From assembly GCA_015490995.1 (NCBI GenBank), contig WFWT01000001.1, positions 10,021 through 74,020 of the forward strand: 64,000 nucleotides of DNA. The letters run 5' to 3'. Source of the stretch: Anaerolineae bacterium. Its GTDB lineage: Bacteria; Chloroflexota; Anaerolineae; JAADDB01. A program made the position numbers and the translations under genes. Within the stretch, counting starts at the first letter, position 1. Each line of letters starts with the position of its first letter. This document shows positions 1 through 9,475 of this stretch, piece by piece. The notes beneath the pieces were generated by a model. It had not been told where the DNA came from and made no database searches. It saw only the letters and a list, made by a program, of their open reading frames with translations.

Positions 1-53
1 TCGGTAACTAAGGCATATTTCCCTTCTTGATCTCAATACATGTATGATTCCCT

Positions 54-752
54 TCACCGACAGCCTCGGTGCAAGCCCAACCGCTTCATCAATTTGGCCA
101 CTGTACTGGCCCCGTGCACCCACGCAGGACTACGGCGGCCCTCCACGCGAGCGTGCCGCAACGCCTTACGCAGGCTATCGGCGTCCTCGAATGGGGGTAC
201 CCAGGTGATCACACGTCCTAGCTCCCAAAGCGTATGGGCGTCTGACCCCCCAAAACGACCTAGACCGTGTTCGCGGGCCAACTGTTCGGCCGCTATGTCC
301 CACACCGCCCGGCGTGTGCGCGCGTTGAATATCTCCAAAGCATCCACGGCCGTCGCCCACCGCAGGGTGTTCTCCCGGCCCATAGCCGACCCCCGGAGCG
401 CGTCAAAGGGATGGGAAATGGCAACCACCGCGCCCTGATCCCGAAGCCGGGCAAGCGCTTCGGCAGGGGGCAACCCAGGCGGCACTTCCTCCTGGACGAA
501 AAAGGCGATAAACTCGCCCTCGGTGGTCAACACCTCCTCGCCCACGACAATGAGGTCGGGGGCGAGAGCCTGGGCGGCTAATGCCCCACGCAAAGTGTTG
601 TGGTCGGTCACCACTACCCGGTCCAACCCCAACGCTCGGGCCCGCAAGATCAGCGCTTCCGGCGTCACCAGGCTATCCGGTGAATAACATGTGTGACAGT
701 GAAATTCAACGCGCCACCACCCTTCCATCGTTGTCCTTTCCCTTACCTTCAC
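54..752 (-). CDS. PHP-domain (polymerase/histidinol-phosphatase family) metal-dependent phosphoesterase
   Basis: N-terminal HCHTxxSPDS motif typical of PHP domain, with further His/Asp metal ligands (ISHPFD, GGSDAHT). Start is ambiguous: GTG at 752 overlapping the upstream stop, or ATG at 728 with an AAGGGAAAGGA SD. Confidence 0.7.
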   Translation of the reverse strand: MKVRERTTMEGWWRVEFHCHTCYSPDSLVTPEALILRARALGLDRVVVTDHNTLRGALAAQALAPDLIVVGEEVLTTEGEFIAFFVQEEVPPGLPPAEALARLRDQGAVVAISHPFDALRGSAMGRENTLRWATAVDALEIFNARTRRAVWDIAAEQLAREHGLGRFGGSDAHTLWELGRVITWVPPFEDADSLRKALRHARVEGRRSPAWVHGASTVAKLMKRLGLHRGCR

Positions 753-1744
753 CCGTGATGGCGGGGAGCATTGGTCCCAGAACTCGCCGTCAACGCAGCT
801 GCCGGCCAGAATCGATGCCGGTGTTTGAGAAGCACCCCTGCCCCTAACACCACACCTAACCAGAGAGTGAACAACCGAATGAGGAGGGTCGCTGCTACTG
901 CCAACGCCTCATCTGGGGTCACCAGCAACAACAGTAACCCTGTCAAGCTGCCCTCCGCCGCCCCCAATCCCCCTGGCAAGGCGGAGACCGCGCCCACAAT
1001 GGTGGCAAACGACAGAATAAACACGGCATGTGCTAATAAAGTAAACGAGGGCTCTAAGCCCAGACCGACCAGTATCAGGTAAAACGCGATGCCTTCCCCA
1101 CCCCACGAGACCAACCCCAGCATCACCGCGGGGATAAGGGCCTCCCAGCGCAGAAGCTGATACGTGCTATCGTACACCACATGGAGCGTATGAACTATGC
1201 GTCCCACGTACGGTAGCCCTTCGCCCCACGTCAGCACCTTCATCGCCCATGAACGCACCTGAACTACGAGGACAAAGGCCATCATAACAGCGGCCACCAC
1301 CATTACCACCCCCCGCGCGGCGGTATAAGAGGCCAGCCCTACCGTCGCTAACAGCGCCATCGCCAGCCCATCGGTCAAGCGCTCGGCCAAAACGATAGGA
1401 GCCCCGCGCGCCACCGGGGTACCGGTTACTTGTTTCAAAAGATAGGCCTTGAACACCTCCCCTACTTTGCCCGGCGTCATCACCATGACAAAATTAGCCA
1501 CAAACACCCGTAATGAATCGGCCCAGGAGATGGAACACACTCCCAGGCGATGGAGATAATAGTGCCACTTGAGGAAACGGAGGGCATAATTGAGCAGAGT
1601 TAACCCCACGACGGGTATCACATAAAGCCACTGAAAACCCTGGAGCACCTGTAGTGTCCGTCGCACATCTGCCACCAACATCAACACCAGCACGACGCCA
1701 AAGGCTAACCCCAGGGAGAGCACAAGGTGGCGCCGCCAGTTCAA
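749..1744 (-). CDS. Integral membrane protein, lysylphosphatidylglycerol-synthase-TM/flippase-like (UPF0104) family
   Basis: 331-aa polytopic membrane protein with multiple hydrophobic helices. Pattern is RxLxxLQxF...LRFLKWxxxL at the N-terminus; stop overlaps the start of the PHP gene. Confidence 0.55.
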   Translation of the reverse strand: MNWRRHLVLSLGLAFGVVLVLMLVADVRRTLQVLQGFQWLYVIPVVGLTLLNYALRFLKWHYYLHRLGVCSISWADSLRVFVANFVMVMTPGKVGEVFKAYLLKQVTGTPVARGAPIVLAERLTDGLAMALLATVGLASYTAARGVVMVVAAVMMAFVLVVQVRSWAMKVLTWGEGLPYVGRIVHTLHVVYDSTYQLLRWEALIPAVMLGLVSWGGEGIAFYLILVGLGLEPSFTLLAHAVFILSFATIVGAVSALPGGLGAAEGSLTGLLLLLVTPDEALAVAATLLIRLFTLWLGVVLGAGVLLKHRHRFWPAAALTASSGTNAPRHHG

Positions 1745-1949
1745 CGCTGCCCCTCCTTAAGCACAACAGACTGTAGGCTCGGGGGCCGATTGTAACACAG
1801 CCACACAGGGACCACAATCCCCCCATGCCCACCGGCCAGCTATTGCAGCTTCATTTGGCCCTACAAAAGAGATAAATTGAATCCAATTTTCAAAAACCGT
1901 CCTTGTGAACAAAAGCACTTTATGACGCGCATCAATGTATTTACGGAAA

Positions 1950-1995
1950 GGTCGTGTTACACTTGGAGGGTATGATTTGTATCACCTATAATCCT
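1950..1995 (+). promoter_or_regulatory. Putative sigma-70 promoter of nifJ (-10 TATAAT at 1987-1992)
   Basis: AT-rich 350-bp intergenic region, TATAAT hexamer about 105 nt upstream of the nifJ ATG, and GGTGAGGAGAAGG SD at 2080-2092. Confidence 0.4.
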
Positions 1996-2096
1996 AACTA
2001 AGACGTCCCACCGTTGCCTGGTAACCTGGCCTGATGGGACGATCGTGGCATACAGGCTGACACACGCACCATCACGATAGGTGAGGAGAAGGAAAG

Positions 2097-5000
2097 ATGG
2101 CACGGCGAATGGTGACCATTGATGGCAATGAAGCAGTTGCCCGGGTAGCTTACATGACCAACGAGGTGATCGCCATTTACCCGATTACCCCAGCTTCTCC
2201 TATGGGGGAGCTAGCGGACGCGTGGGCAGCCGAGAGACGCCCTAATCTGTGGGGTACGGTACCGCTGGTCGTGGAAATGCAATCCGAAGGTGGTGCCGCC
2301 GGCGCGGTGCACGGGGCCCTGCAAACCGGCTCCCTCACCACAACGTTTACCGCCAGTCAAGGGCTCCTCTTGATGTTGCCCAACATGTACAAAATCGCAG
2401 GGGAGCTCACCAGCACGGTCTTCCACATAGCTACACGTACGGTGGCCACACACGCCCTCTCCATCTTTTGTGACCACAGCGATGTAATGGCAGCCCGCAC
2501 CACAGGTTGGGCTATCCTGTTCTCCAGCTCTGTTCAAGAAGCTCACGACTTCGCCCTGATCGCACAAGCGGCCACTCTTCGCGCTCGGGTGCCTTTTATT
2601 CACGCCTTTGACGGCTTTCGCACCTCGCACGAGATCAACAAGATCGTGCTGCTCTCCGAAGAGGACATGCGGGCCCTGATCGACGATGACCTCGTACGAG
2701 CACACCGGGAGCGGGCCCTCTCTCCTGACCGGCCGTTTATCCGAGGTACAGCACAAAATCCTGACGTCTTTTTCCAGGCTCGGGAGCGCATTAATCCCTT
2801 CTACGAAGCTACACCTGCCATTGTCCAAGAAGTGATGGACCAGTTCGCAGCCCGTACAGGTCGTGCCTACCACCTGTTCGACTACGTTGGCGCGGCCGAT
2901 GCCGAGCGGGTTATTGTTATCATGGGCTCCGGCGCAGAAACGGTGGAAGAGACAGTCAAGCACTTGGTAGCCGCCGGTGACAAGGTAGGTGTTGTGAAGG
3001 TGCGACTGTATCGCCCCTTCTCGGTAGCTCACTTCCTCCAAGTTCTACCCCCTACCGTGCGCGTCCTCACCGTGCTGGACCGCACGAAGGAACCGGGGGC
3101 CACAGGCGAACCGCTGTATCAAGATGTCGTTACTGCAGTTAGCGAAGGTCTAACTGCCGGCACCACACCCTTTGACCACATGCCTCGCATCCTCAGCGGC
3201 CGATATGGTCTCTCCTCAAAGGAATTCACGCCGGCCATGGTGAAGGGTATCTTCGACGAAATGACCAAAGAACAACCAAAGCACCACTTTACAGTAGGCA
3301 TTATCGACGACGTCTCTTACACCAGCATTGACTACGACCCCGAATTCTTCATTGAGTCACCCGATGTCACCCGAGCGGTGTTCTACGGCCTAGGCGCTGA
3401 CGGAACCGTCAGCGCTAACAAGAACTCCATCAAGATTATCGGAGAGGAGACTCCCTACCACGCCCAAGGCTACTTTGTGTACGACTCCAAGAAAGCGGGA
3501 GCGCGCACCGTCTCCCACCTCCGGTTCGGCCCTCACCCCATCAAAGCGCCCTATCTGATCCAAAAGGCCAACTTCGTGGCCGTACACCAGTTCGGCTTCT
3601 TGGAGCGATATCGTGTGCTGGACATTGCCGAAGAAGGAGCCACTTTTCTCCTCAACGCGCCTTACAGCCCGGAGGAGGTGTGGGACCACCTGCCGCGCGA
3701 AGTTCAGGAGCAAATCATTGCCAAACGCCTGAAGTTCTACGTCATCGACGCATACCGTTTGGCCAAAGAGTTGGGATTAGGTCAGCGCATTAACACCATC
3801 ATGCAAACGTGCTTCTTTGCCATCACCAACATTATTCCCTTAGAGGATGCCATCGCCCACATTAAAGAGGCCATACGCAAAACGTACGGCAAGCGAGGCG
3901 AGGTCATTGTGCGTAAGAATTTCGCAGCCGTGGACGCGGCACTGGAACACCTCCACGAGGTCACATACCCAGAGCGCGTGACGTCCACCCATACCATGCC
4001 TCCACCGGTGCCTCCGGAAGCACCCCAGTTTGTCCAGCAAGTGACCGCTTTCATGATCGCGGAACAAGGGGACCAGCTTCCGGTGAGTGCCATGCCTGTG
4101 GATGGTACGTGGCCTAGCGGCACTGCCCAATGGGAAAAGCGTAACATTTCGTTGGACGTGCCCGTGTGGGAACCGGATATCTGTATCCAGTGTGGTAAAT
4201 GCGTGCTTGTCTGCCCCCACGCGGTCATTCGGTCTAAAGTAGTGGATCCGGCGGACCTGAAGGACGCGCCGCCCACCTTCAAGTATGTGGACGCGCGTTT
4301 CCGGGAGTTCAAAGGTCAAGGCAAGCAGTACACCCTCCAGGTTTCGGTCGAGGACTGTACCGGATGTACCCTGTGTGTGGAGGTGTGTCCGGCCAAGGAT
4401 AAAACTCAGCCCAGCCGTAAAGCTCTGAACATGGCCCCCAAGCTGCCCATCCTGGAACAGGAACGGGAGAACTGGCGTTTCTTCCTCACGCTACCTGAAG
4501 TGCCACGACATAACGGCATCAAGTTCGACACGGTACGCAATGTGCAATTGTTACAGCCGCTGTTTGAGTTCTCGGGAGCATGTGCTGGGTGCGGTGAAAC
4601 GCCATATCTCAAACTGCTGAGCCAACTTTTCGGCGATCGCGCGTACATTGCCAATGCGACAGGGTGCTCCAGCATTTACGGCGGTAACCTCCCCACTACC
4701 CCGTGGACGTTCAACAAGGAGGGGCGTGGCCCCGCGTGGAGTAACTCCCTCTTTGAGGACAACGCAGAATTCGGTCTGGGCATGCGTCTCACTATTGACA
4801 AACAAGGGGAATATGCTCGGGAATTGGTACGTCAACTGCGGGAGTTAATCGGCCCGGATTTGGCCGACGCGATCCTAACCGCGGATCAACGTGATGAAGC
4901 CGGTATTGAGGCACAACGGGAACGGGTTGCCCTTCTAAAACAACGCCTGGCAGGCATCGATCACCCCCGTGTGCGCGATCTGTTGGCTGTAGCAGACATG

Positions 5001-5675
5001 CTCGTGCGCAAGAGCGTGTGGATCGTGGGAGGGGATGGTTGGGCCTACGATATTGGTTACGGCGGCCTGGACCACGTCCTCGCCAGCAACCGAAACGTCA
5101 ACATCCTTGTCCTTGATACAGAGGTCTACTCCAACACAGGGGGGCAAGCCTCTAAAGCGACCCCTCTCGCTGCCGTAGCCAAGTTCGCCATGGGCGGTAA
5201 AACAACCCCTAAAAAGGACCTAGGGCTCATGGCAATGACATACGGTAACGTGTATGTTGCTCAGGTGGCAATGGGGGCCAACGATGCCCACACCGTTCGC
5301 GCCTTTCTGGAAGCGGAGTCTTACGACGGACCCTCGCTCATCATCGCCTATAGCCACTGTATTGCCCACGGCATTGACATGGCTAAGGGGATGGAACAAC
5401 AGAAGCTCGCAGTGGAATCGGGCTACTGGCCTCTGTTCCGGTTTGACCCGCGCCGAAAAGCCGAGGGTAAGAATCCCTTCCAGTTGGACTCCAAAGCCCC
5501 GCGCATCCCCTTACGTGAGTACATGGAACGAGAGGCACGCTTCCGCATGTTACGCCAGACGAACCCAGAGGCCTTTGAACGCCTCATGGAGGCCGCGCAA
5601 AACGCGGTTCTGGAACGTTGGCGTCTTTACGAGCGTTTGGCGCAGGTCTGGGAACCGGAAAAGGTGATAGCCTAA
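2097..5675 (+). CDS. nifJ: Pyruvate:ferredoxin (flavodoxin) oxidoreductase, single-polypeptide PFOR
   Basis: 1192-aa ORF with a TPP/pyrimidine-binding N-terminus and two CxxCxxCxxxCP ferredoxin motifs (CIQCGKCVLVCP, CTGCTLCVEVCP). Also has the C-terminal TPP GDG motif and the canonical NifJ/PorA length and domain order. Confidence 0.95.
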   Translation: MARRMVTIDGNEAVARVAYMTNEVIAIYPITPASPMGELADAWAAERRPNLWGTVPLVVEMQSEGGAAGAVHGALQTGSLTTTFTASQGLLLMLPNMYKIAGELTSTVFHIATRTVATHALSIFCDHSDVMAARTTGWAILFSSSVQEAHDFALIAQAATLRARVPFIHAFDGFRTSHEINKIVLLSEEDMRALIDDDLVRAHRERALSPDRPFIRGTAQNPDVFFQARERINPFYEATPAIVQEVMDQFAARTGRAYHLFDYVGAADAERVIVIMGSGAETVEETVKHLVAAGDKVGVVKVRLYRPFSVAHFLQVLPPTVRVLTVLDRTKEPGATGEPLYQDVVTAVSEGLTAGTTPFDHMPRILSGRYGLSSKEFTPAMVKGIFDEMTKEQPKHHFTVGIIDDVSYTSIDYDPEFFIESPDVTRAVFYGLGADGTVSANKNSIKIIGEETPYHAQGYFVYDSKKAGARTVSHLRFGPHPIKAPYLIQKANFVAVHQFGFLERYRVLDIAEEGATFLLNAPYSPEEVWDHLPREVQEQIIAKRLKFYVIDAYRLAKELGLGQRINTIMQTCFFAITNIIPLEDAIAHIKEAIRKTYGKRGEVIVRKNFAAVDAALEHLHEVTYPERVTSTHTMPPPVPPEAPQFVQQVTAFMIAEQGDQLPVSAMPVDGTWPSGTAQWEKRNISLDVPVWEPDICIQCGKCVLVCPHAVIRSKVVDPADLKDAPPTFKYVDARFREFKGQGKQYTLQVSVEDCTGCTLCVEVCPAKDKTQPSRKALNMAPKLPILEQERENWRFFLTLPEVPRHNGIKFDTVRNVQLLQPLFEFSGACAGCGETPYLKLLSQLFGDRAYIANATGCSSIYGGNLPTTPWTFNKEGRGPAWSNSLFEDNAEFGLGMRLTIDKQGEYARELVRQLRELIGPDLADAILTADQRDEAGIEAQRERVALLKQRLAGIDHPRVRDLLAVADMLVRKSVWIVGGDGWAYDIGYGGLDHVLASNRNVNILVLDTEVYSNTGGQASKATPLAAVAKFAMGGKTTPKKDLGLMAMTYGNVYVAQVAMGANDAHTVRAFLEAESYDGPSLIIAYSHCIAHGIDMAKGMEQQKLAVESGYWPLFRFDPRRKAEGKNPFQLDSKAPRIPLREYMEREARFRMLRQTNPEAFERLMEAAQNAVLERWRLYERLAQVWEPEKVIA

Positions 5676-5680
5676 CGCGC

Positions 5681-5730
5681 GGTGGCGGGGGGACAGCATT
5701 GCCTCATGCCATCACTGTCCCCCCGCCACC
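5681..5730. terminator. Bidirectional hairpin terminator between convergent nifJ and ferredoxin genes
   Basis: Perfect 16-bp inverted repeat GGTGGCGGGGGGACAG ... CTGTCCCCCCGCCACC with an 18-nt loop, 6 nt after the nifJ stop. No U-tract, which is common in high-GC genomes. Confidence 0.5.
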
Positions 5731-5754
5731 GGGTCAGGCGCTCTGCCGAAGAGC

Positions 5755-6117
5755 TCACATCCAGTCGGGATAAATCTGGGTGCCGTCCAACTCGTATAGG
5801 CGAATCGCCTGAGTAGGGCACTCCTGTGCTGCCTTTAGCAATTGCTCCCGCGTAGCAGCGCTGGCATCAACTACCACTGCAATGTTTTCATCGTCCAGCT
5901 CGAACACTCCCGGAGCGATCTTTATGCACTCAGCCATACCCGTACAGGACTGACGATCGATCTCTATACGCAACACCGGTTGACGACCGGGTGGGGTAGG
6001 TGCTACTCCGGGCAAATCATCTTCCTCTTCAAAGTATATCTCCGCGTCCGTGACAGTCTCCGTGCGGTCAGGCTCAACGTCCTCCTCGCGCCCAAACAAT
6101 TTTTTGAAGAAACTCAT
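5755..6117 (-). CDS. Small ferredoxin (single-cluster, Pyrococcus-type fold) with acidic N-terminal extension
   Basis: C-terminal 60 aa match CxGxxxC...APxVFExDD...ECPxxAI of single-cluster ferredoxins, but only 3 Cys (Asp/Cys positions substituted). ATG at 6117 is preceded by a GGAGGAGGTG SD; the ORF-track start at 6150 is rejected. Confidence 0.7.
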   Translation of the reverse strand: MSFFKKLFGREEDVEPDRTETVTDAEIYFEEEDDLPGVAPTPPGRQPVLRIEIDRQSCTGMAECIKIAPGVFELDDENIAVVVDASAATREQLLKAAQECPTQAIRLYELDGTQIYPDWM

Positions 6118-6146
6118 AGTTTGCACCTCCTCCGTTAGGCTACCCC

Positions 6147-7301
6147 TCATCGCGCCTGCAAAGGTGTGTACGCCAGCTCTTCGGCTCCTGTGTACAAAGC
6201 CCGAGGGCGAATTAACCGATTGTCGGCATGCTGCTCCATCACGTGAGCCGTCCAGCCCACAATGCGGCTGACAGCGAAGAGCAACGTGTAATATTCCGGC
6301 GGAAAGCCCAGGTAGTATGCCACAAGTCCTCCATAGTAGTCCACATTTGGGTAAAGCCGGCGCTCCTGGAAGTACGGATGTTGTAACGTGCGTTCGGCCA
6401 GCCGTTCAGCCAGTTCAAACCATTGAGGTTCATCCGACTCGCTAGCTAAGATACGTGCCTGTTCACGCAGAATCCGCGCGCGGGGGTCCCATGTCTTGTA
6501 CACCCGATGCCCAATGCCCATAATGCGTCGCTTTTCCTTCAAGGCCCGTTCAAACCACGCGTCCACGTTATCCGGCGCGCCGATCTCGAGGAATTGGCGC
6601 ATCGCCGCCTCCATCGCTCCCCCGTGAAGTGGGCCCTTAAGCGCGCCCAGAGCCGCAGTGACAGAGGAATACATATCGCTCATGGTCGAAGCCGTCACCC
6701 GGGCCGTAAAAGTGGATGCGTTAAAGCCATGATCGGCGTACAACACTAGAAACGTGTCCATAGCCCGAGCGGCTGCTGCAGAAGGCTCACGGCCGTGGAA
6801 CATATACAGGAAATTGGCTGCATGGGAGAGATCATCTCGGGGTAAAACCGGCTCTTCACCCTGACGAATCCGGTGCAGAGCCGCGGTCATGGTGGTAAAC
6901 GTGGCCGTCAGGCGCCGTGCGTGGTACAACTCCGCCTCGGGCGTTGTCGCGTCCGCGTTGGGCTCCCATGCCGCTAGGGCCGACACCATCGTCCGCATCG
7001 CGGTGACCGGGGTCGTCTCCCGGGGTAAGTCATACAGCACACAGTATAACCGCGCCGGCAAGCGACGGCTCTGAGCAAGTTGCTGAGAAAACCTCTCCAG
7101 CTCAGTCGCGGTCGGCAAATGCCCATGCCATAGCAAGTATGCCGTCTCCTCAAAACTGCCCTGCTCGGCCAGGTCTTCAATGGCATAACCGCGGTAGAAC
7201 AACCGCCCCCGCTCACCATCCACCCGGGAGAGCTCCGTAGTAGACACGTAGACCCCTTCCAATCCGCGAATGACCTGGGCCTGTTCCACTTTTGTCGTCA
7301 T
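6147..7301 (-). CDS. gltA: Citrate synthase
   Basis: 384-aa protein with citrate synthase hallmarks (GYAIEDL, LHGGA, MGFGHRVYK-like GIGHRVYK, catalytic His/Asp region). ATG at 7301 with a GGGAGGA SD. Confidence 0.9.
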   Translation of the reverse strand: MTTKVEQAQVIRGLEGVYVSTTELSRVDGERGRLFYRGYAIEDLAEQGSFEETAYLLWHGHLPTATELERFSQQLAQSRRLPARLYCVLYDLPRETTPVTAMRTMVSALAAWEPNADATTPEAELYHARRLTATFTTMTAALHRIRQGEEPVLPRDDLSHAANFLYMFHGREPSAAAARAMDTFLVLYADHGFNASTFTARVTASTMSDMYSSVTAALGALKGPLHGGAMEAAMRQFLEIGAPDNVDAWFERALKEKRRIMGIGHRVYKTWDPRARILREQARILASESDEPQWFELAERLAERTLQHPYFQERRLYPNVDYYGGLVAYYLGFPPEYYTLLFAVSRIVGWTAHVMEQHADNRLIRPRALYTGAEELAYTPLQAR

Positions 7302-7399
7302 TGGTGTATCCTCCCTTGAAGTTGCCCTATTAAGGTGCCGCTCACTAGTGGTTGCACGCGCCGGGTACACTTATCGTTCAAGCAACAGGGTTGCGGGGC

Positions 7400-7590
7400 A
7401 TCATGTCAGATGTCGGACATAAGATATTCTACCGGAACCCCCCCGGGGAACAAATTCCCTTGTCGCGTTCAGCCCGTTGAACCTCCGCCCTTCCACCACC
7501 CGGTTAACACCGTTTGGAGGGAAAACCCCTCTCCCGGGTATACTTCACGGTTGAATCACTTCGCAGAACGGCTATCGCAATGGATGGAGG
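7400..7590 (+). ncRNA. Candidate cobalamin riboswitch in cobT leader (tentative)
   Basis: Roughly 290-nt untranslated leader upstream of a cobalamin-biosynthesis gene, with segments resembling riboswitch core elements (GGGGAACAAATTCCC, GCGTTCAGCCCG, CCACCACCC). It does not match the consensus B12 box exactly. Confidence 0.25.
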
Positions 7591-7594
7591 ACCC

Positions 7595-8662
7595 ATGCAG
7601 ATTGAAAAGGACCTGCAATCGTTGATCGATGCTATTCCCCCGCTGGACGTCACCGCCATGGAGGCAGCAGCTTCTCGGCAAAAAACCCTCACCAAACCGC
7701 CGGGGAGTTTAGGGCGCTTGGAGCAGCTTTCCGTACACCTCGCGGGCATTATGGCCACACCACGCCCCCAGATACGCCACAAAGTTATTGTCACCATGGC
7801 GGGCGATCACGGTGTGGTCGCTGAAGGGGTGAGCGCTTACCCTCAAGAGGTCACTGCTCAAATGGTGTACAACTTCTTACACGGAGGGGCGGCCATCAAC
7901 GTTTTGGCTCGCCACGCGGGGGCACGCGTGGTCGTGGTGGACATGGGCGTGGCCGCGGATTTAGACCTCCACCCCGACTTGGTGGACAAGAAGGTGGCGA
8001 AGGGAACGGAGAACATCGCTCGCGGACCGGCCATGACCCGTGAGCAGGCGCTGCAAGCCGTCCTGAACGGCGCGGCAGTGGTGGAAGCGGAACTGGAAAA
8101 GGGCCTGGACATCCTGGGCACCGGGGACATGGGCATCGGCAACACCACGCCTTCTGCAGCCATCGCGGCCGCGATCACCGGCCGGGCCCCGGCGGAGATC
8201 GTCGGCCGCGGCACCGGCGTGGACGACGCCGGCCTGGCCCGCAAAATCGCCGCGGTGCAGCGGGCGCTGGCCGTGAACCGGCCGGACCCGCACGACGGTA
8301 TCGACGTGTTGGCCAAGGTGGGTGGCTTTGAGATCGGTGGATTGGCGGGGGCTATCCTGGCTGCCGCGGCCCACCGCAAACCGGTAGTGGTGGATGGATT
8401 TATCTCCACCGCGGCCGCGCTCATCGCCGTCACCCTGGCGCCACAAGTGCGCCCTTACCTTATTGCCGCACACCGCTCACAGGAAAAAGGCCATCAAATT
8501 ATGCTCCAATGGCTTGGCTTACCCCCCCTTCTGGACTTGGACCTCCGACTGGGGGAAGGAACAGGGGCCGCCCTGGCCATGCACATCGCCGAGGCTGCCT
8601 GCAAAGTGCTCGACGAAATGGCCACCTTTGCCGAAGCAGGCGTCTCGGACCGGAACACCTAA
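7595..8662 (+). CDS. cobT: Nicotinate-nucleotide--dimethylbenzimidazole phosphoribosyltransferase
   Basis: Conserved CobT motifs (PPGSLGRLE, MAGDHGV, GIGNTT, GGFEIGG); ATG at 7595 with a GGAGG SD. Confidence 0.9.
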   Translation: MQIEKDLQSLIDAIPPLDVTAMEAAASRQKTLTKPPGSLGRLEQLSVHLAGIMATPRPQIRHKVIVTMAGDHGVVAEGVSAYPQEVTAQMVYNFLHGGAAINVLARHAGARVVVVDMGVAADLDLHPDLVDKKVAKGTENIARGPAMTREQALQAVLNGAAVVEAELEKGLDILGTGDMGIGNTTPSAAIAAAITGRAPAEIVGRGTGVDDAGLARKIAAVQRALAVNRPDPHDGIDVLAKVGGFEIGGLAGAILAAAAHRKPVVVDGFISTAAALIAVTLAPQVRPYLIAAHRSQEKGHQIMLQWLGLPPLLDLDLRLGEGTGAALAMHIAEAACKVLDEMATFAEAGVSDRNT

Positions 8663-8704
8663 AGTTCTATCCCATTCATCGCTCTTGTATCGGAGGAAAG
8701 CCCC

Positions 8705-9439
8705 ATGAACGCACCACAGGAACTGTTACTTCTTCTGGCCACCTTACTGTTGGGCCTGCGCCACGGCGTCGATTGGGACCATATTGCAGCTATTAGCGAC
8801 ATTACCTCAACACAGGAACGCAGTAAAACGGCATTGTGGTTGGGTACCGTGTATGCCCTGGGCCACGCCACGGTGGTAGGAATTTTAGGCCTCCTGGCCG
8901 TGTTGCTGGACCTCCGCTTGCCCGATTCGGTGGATGCCCTAATGGAGCCTGTTGTGGGCCTCACGTTGCTTTTACTGGGCGGTTACGTGATATATTCACT
9001 GTGGGAACGGGGAGCTGACTTTCAATGGCGCAGCCGATGGCTTCTTCTGTGGGATTGGCTGGAGGCGGGATATTATCGCCTGCGCGGCCAAACGCGCTCT
9101 CAACGTCGCCCCCGAACGTACACCGTACTTTCCGCTTACCTTGTAGGCATGATTCACGGCATCGGCGCAGAAACCCCCACCCAAGTGTTACTGTTCGTTG
9201 CCGCAGCTGGTGCTGCCGGCACCCGTGAGGGCTTATTACTTGTGTTCACCTTCCTGGTAGGATTACTGATATCCAACACCCTTATCGTCATTACATCCAC
9301 CCTGGGCTTCCACCAGGCCCGACGCCATACCACGGCCCACATGCTTCTGGGCGGCGTCGCCGGTCTTTTCAGCATGGCCGTAGGCACGTTATTCCTCGTG
9401 GGGATGGGCGATGTGCTACCCCCTATTTTCAGCCGGTAA
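8705..9439 (+). CDS. NicO/HoxN-like nickel/cobalt transporter-family membrane protein
   Basis: 244-aa polytopic membrane protein with the H-x4-D-H signature (LRHGVDWDH) of the NicO/NiCoT family; sits between cobT and cobS. Confidence 0.55.
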   Translation: MNAPQELLLLLATLLLGLRHGVDWDHIAAISDITSTQERSKTALWLGTVYALGHATVVGILGLLAVLLDLRLPDSVDALMEPVVGLTLLLLGGYVIYSLWERGADFQWRSRWLLLWDWLEAGYYRLRGQTRSQRRPRTYTVLSAYLVGMIHGIGAETPTQVLLFVAAAGAAGTREGLLLVFTFLVGLLISNTLIVITSTLGFHQARRHTTAHMLLGGVAGLFSMAVGTLFLVGMGDVLPPIFSR

Positions 9440-9475
9440 GCACGACAGCACGTGCTTTAAGGAGGCAGAAGCTAC

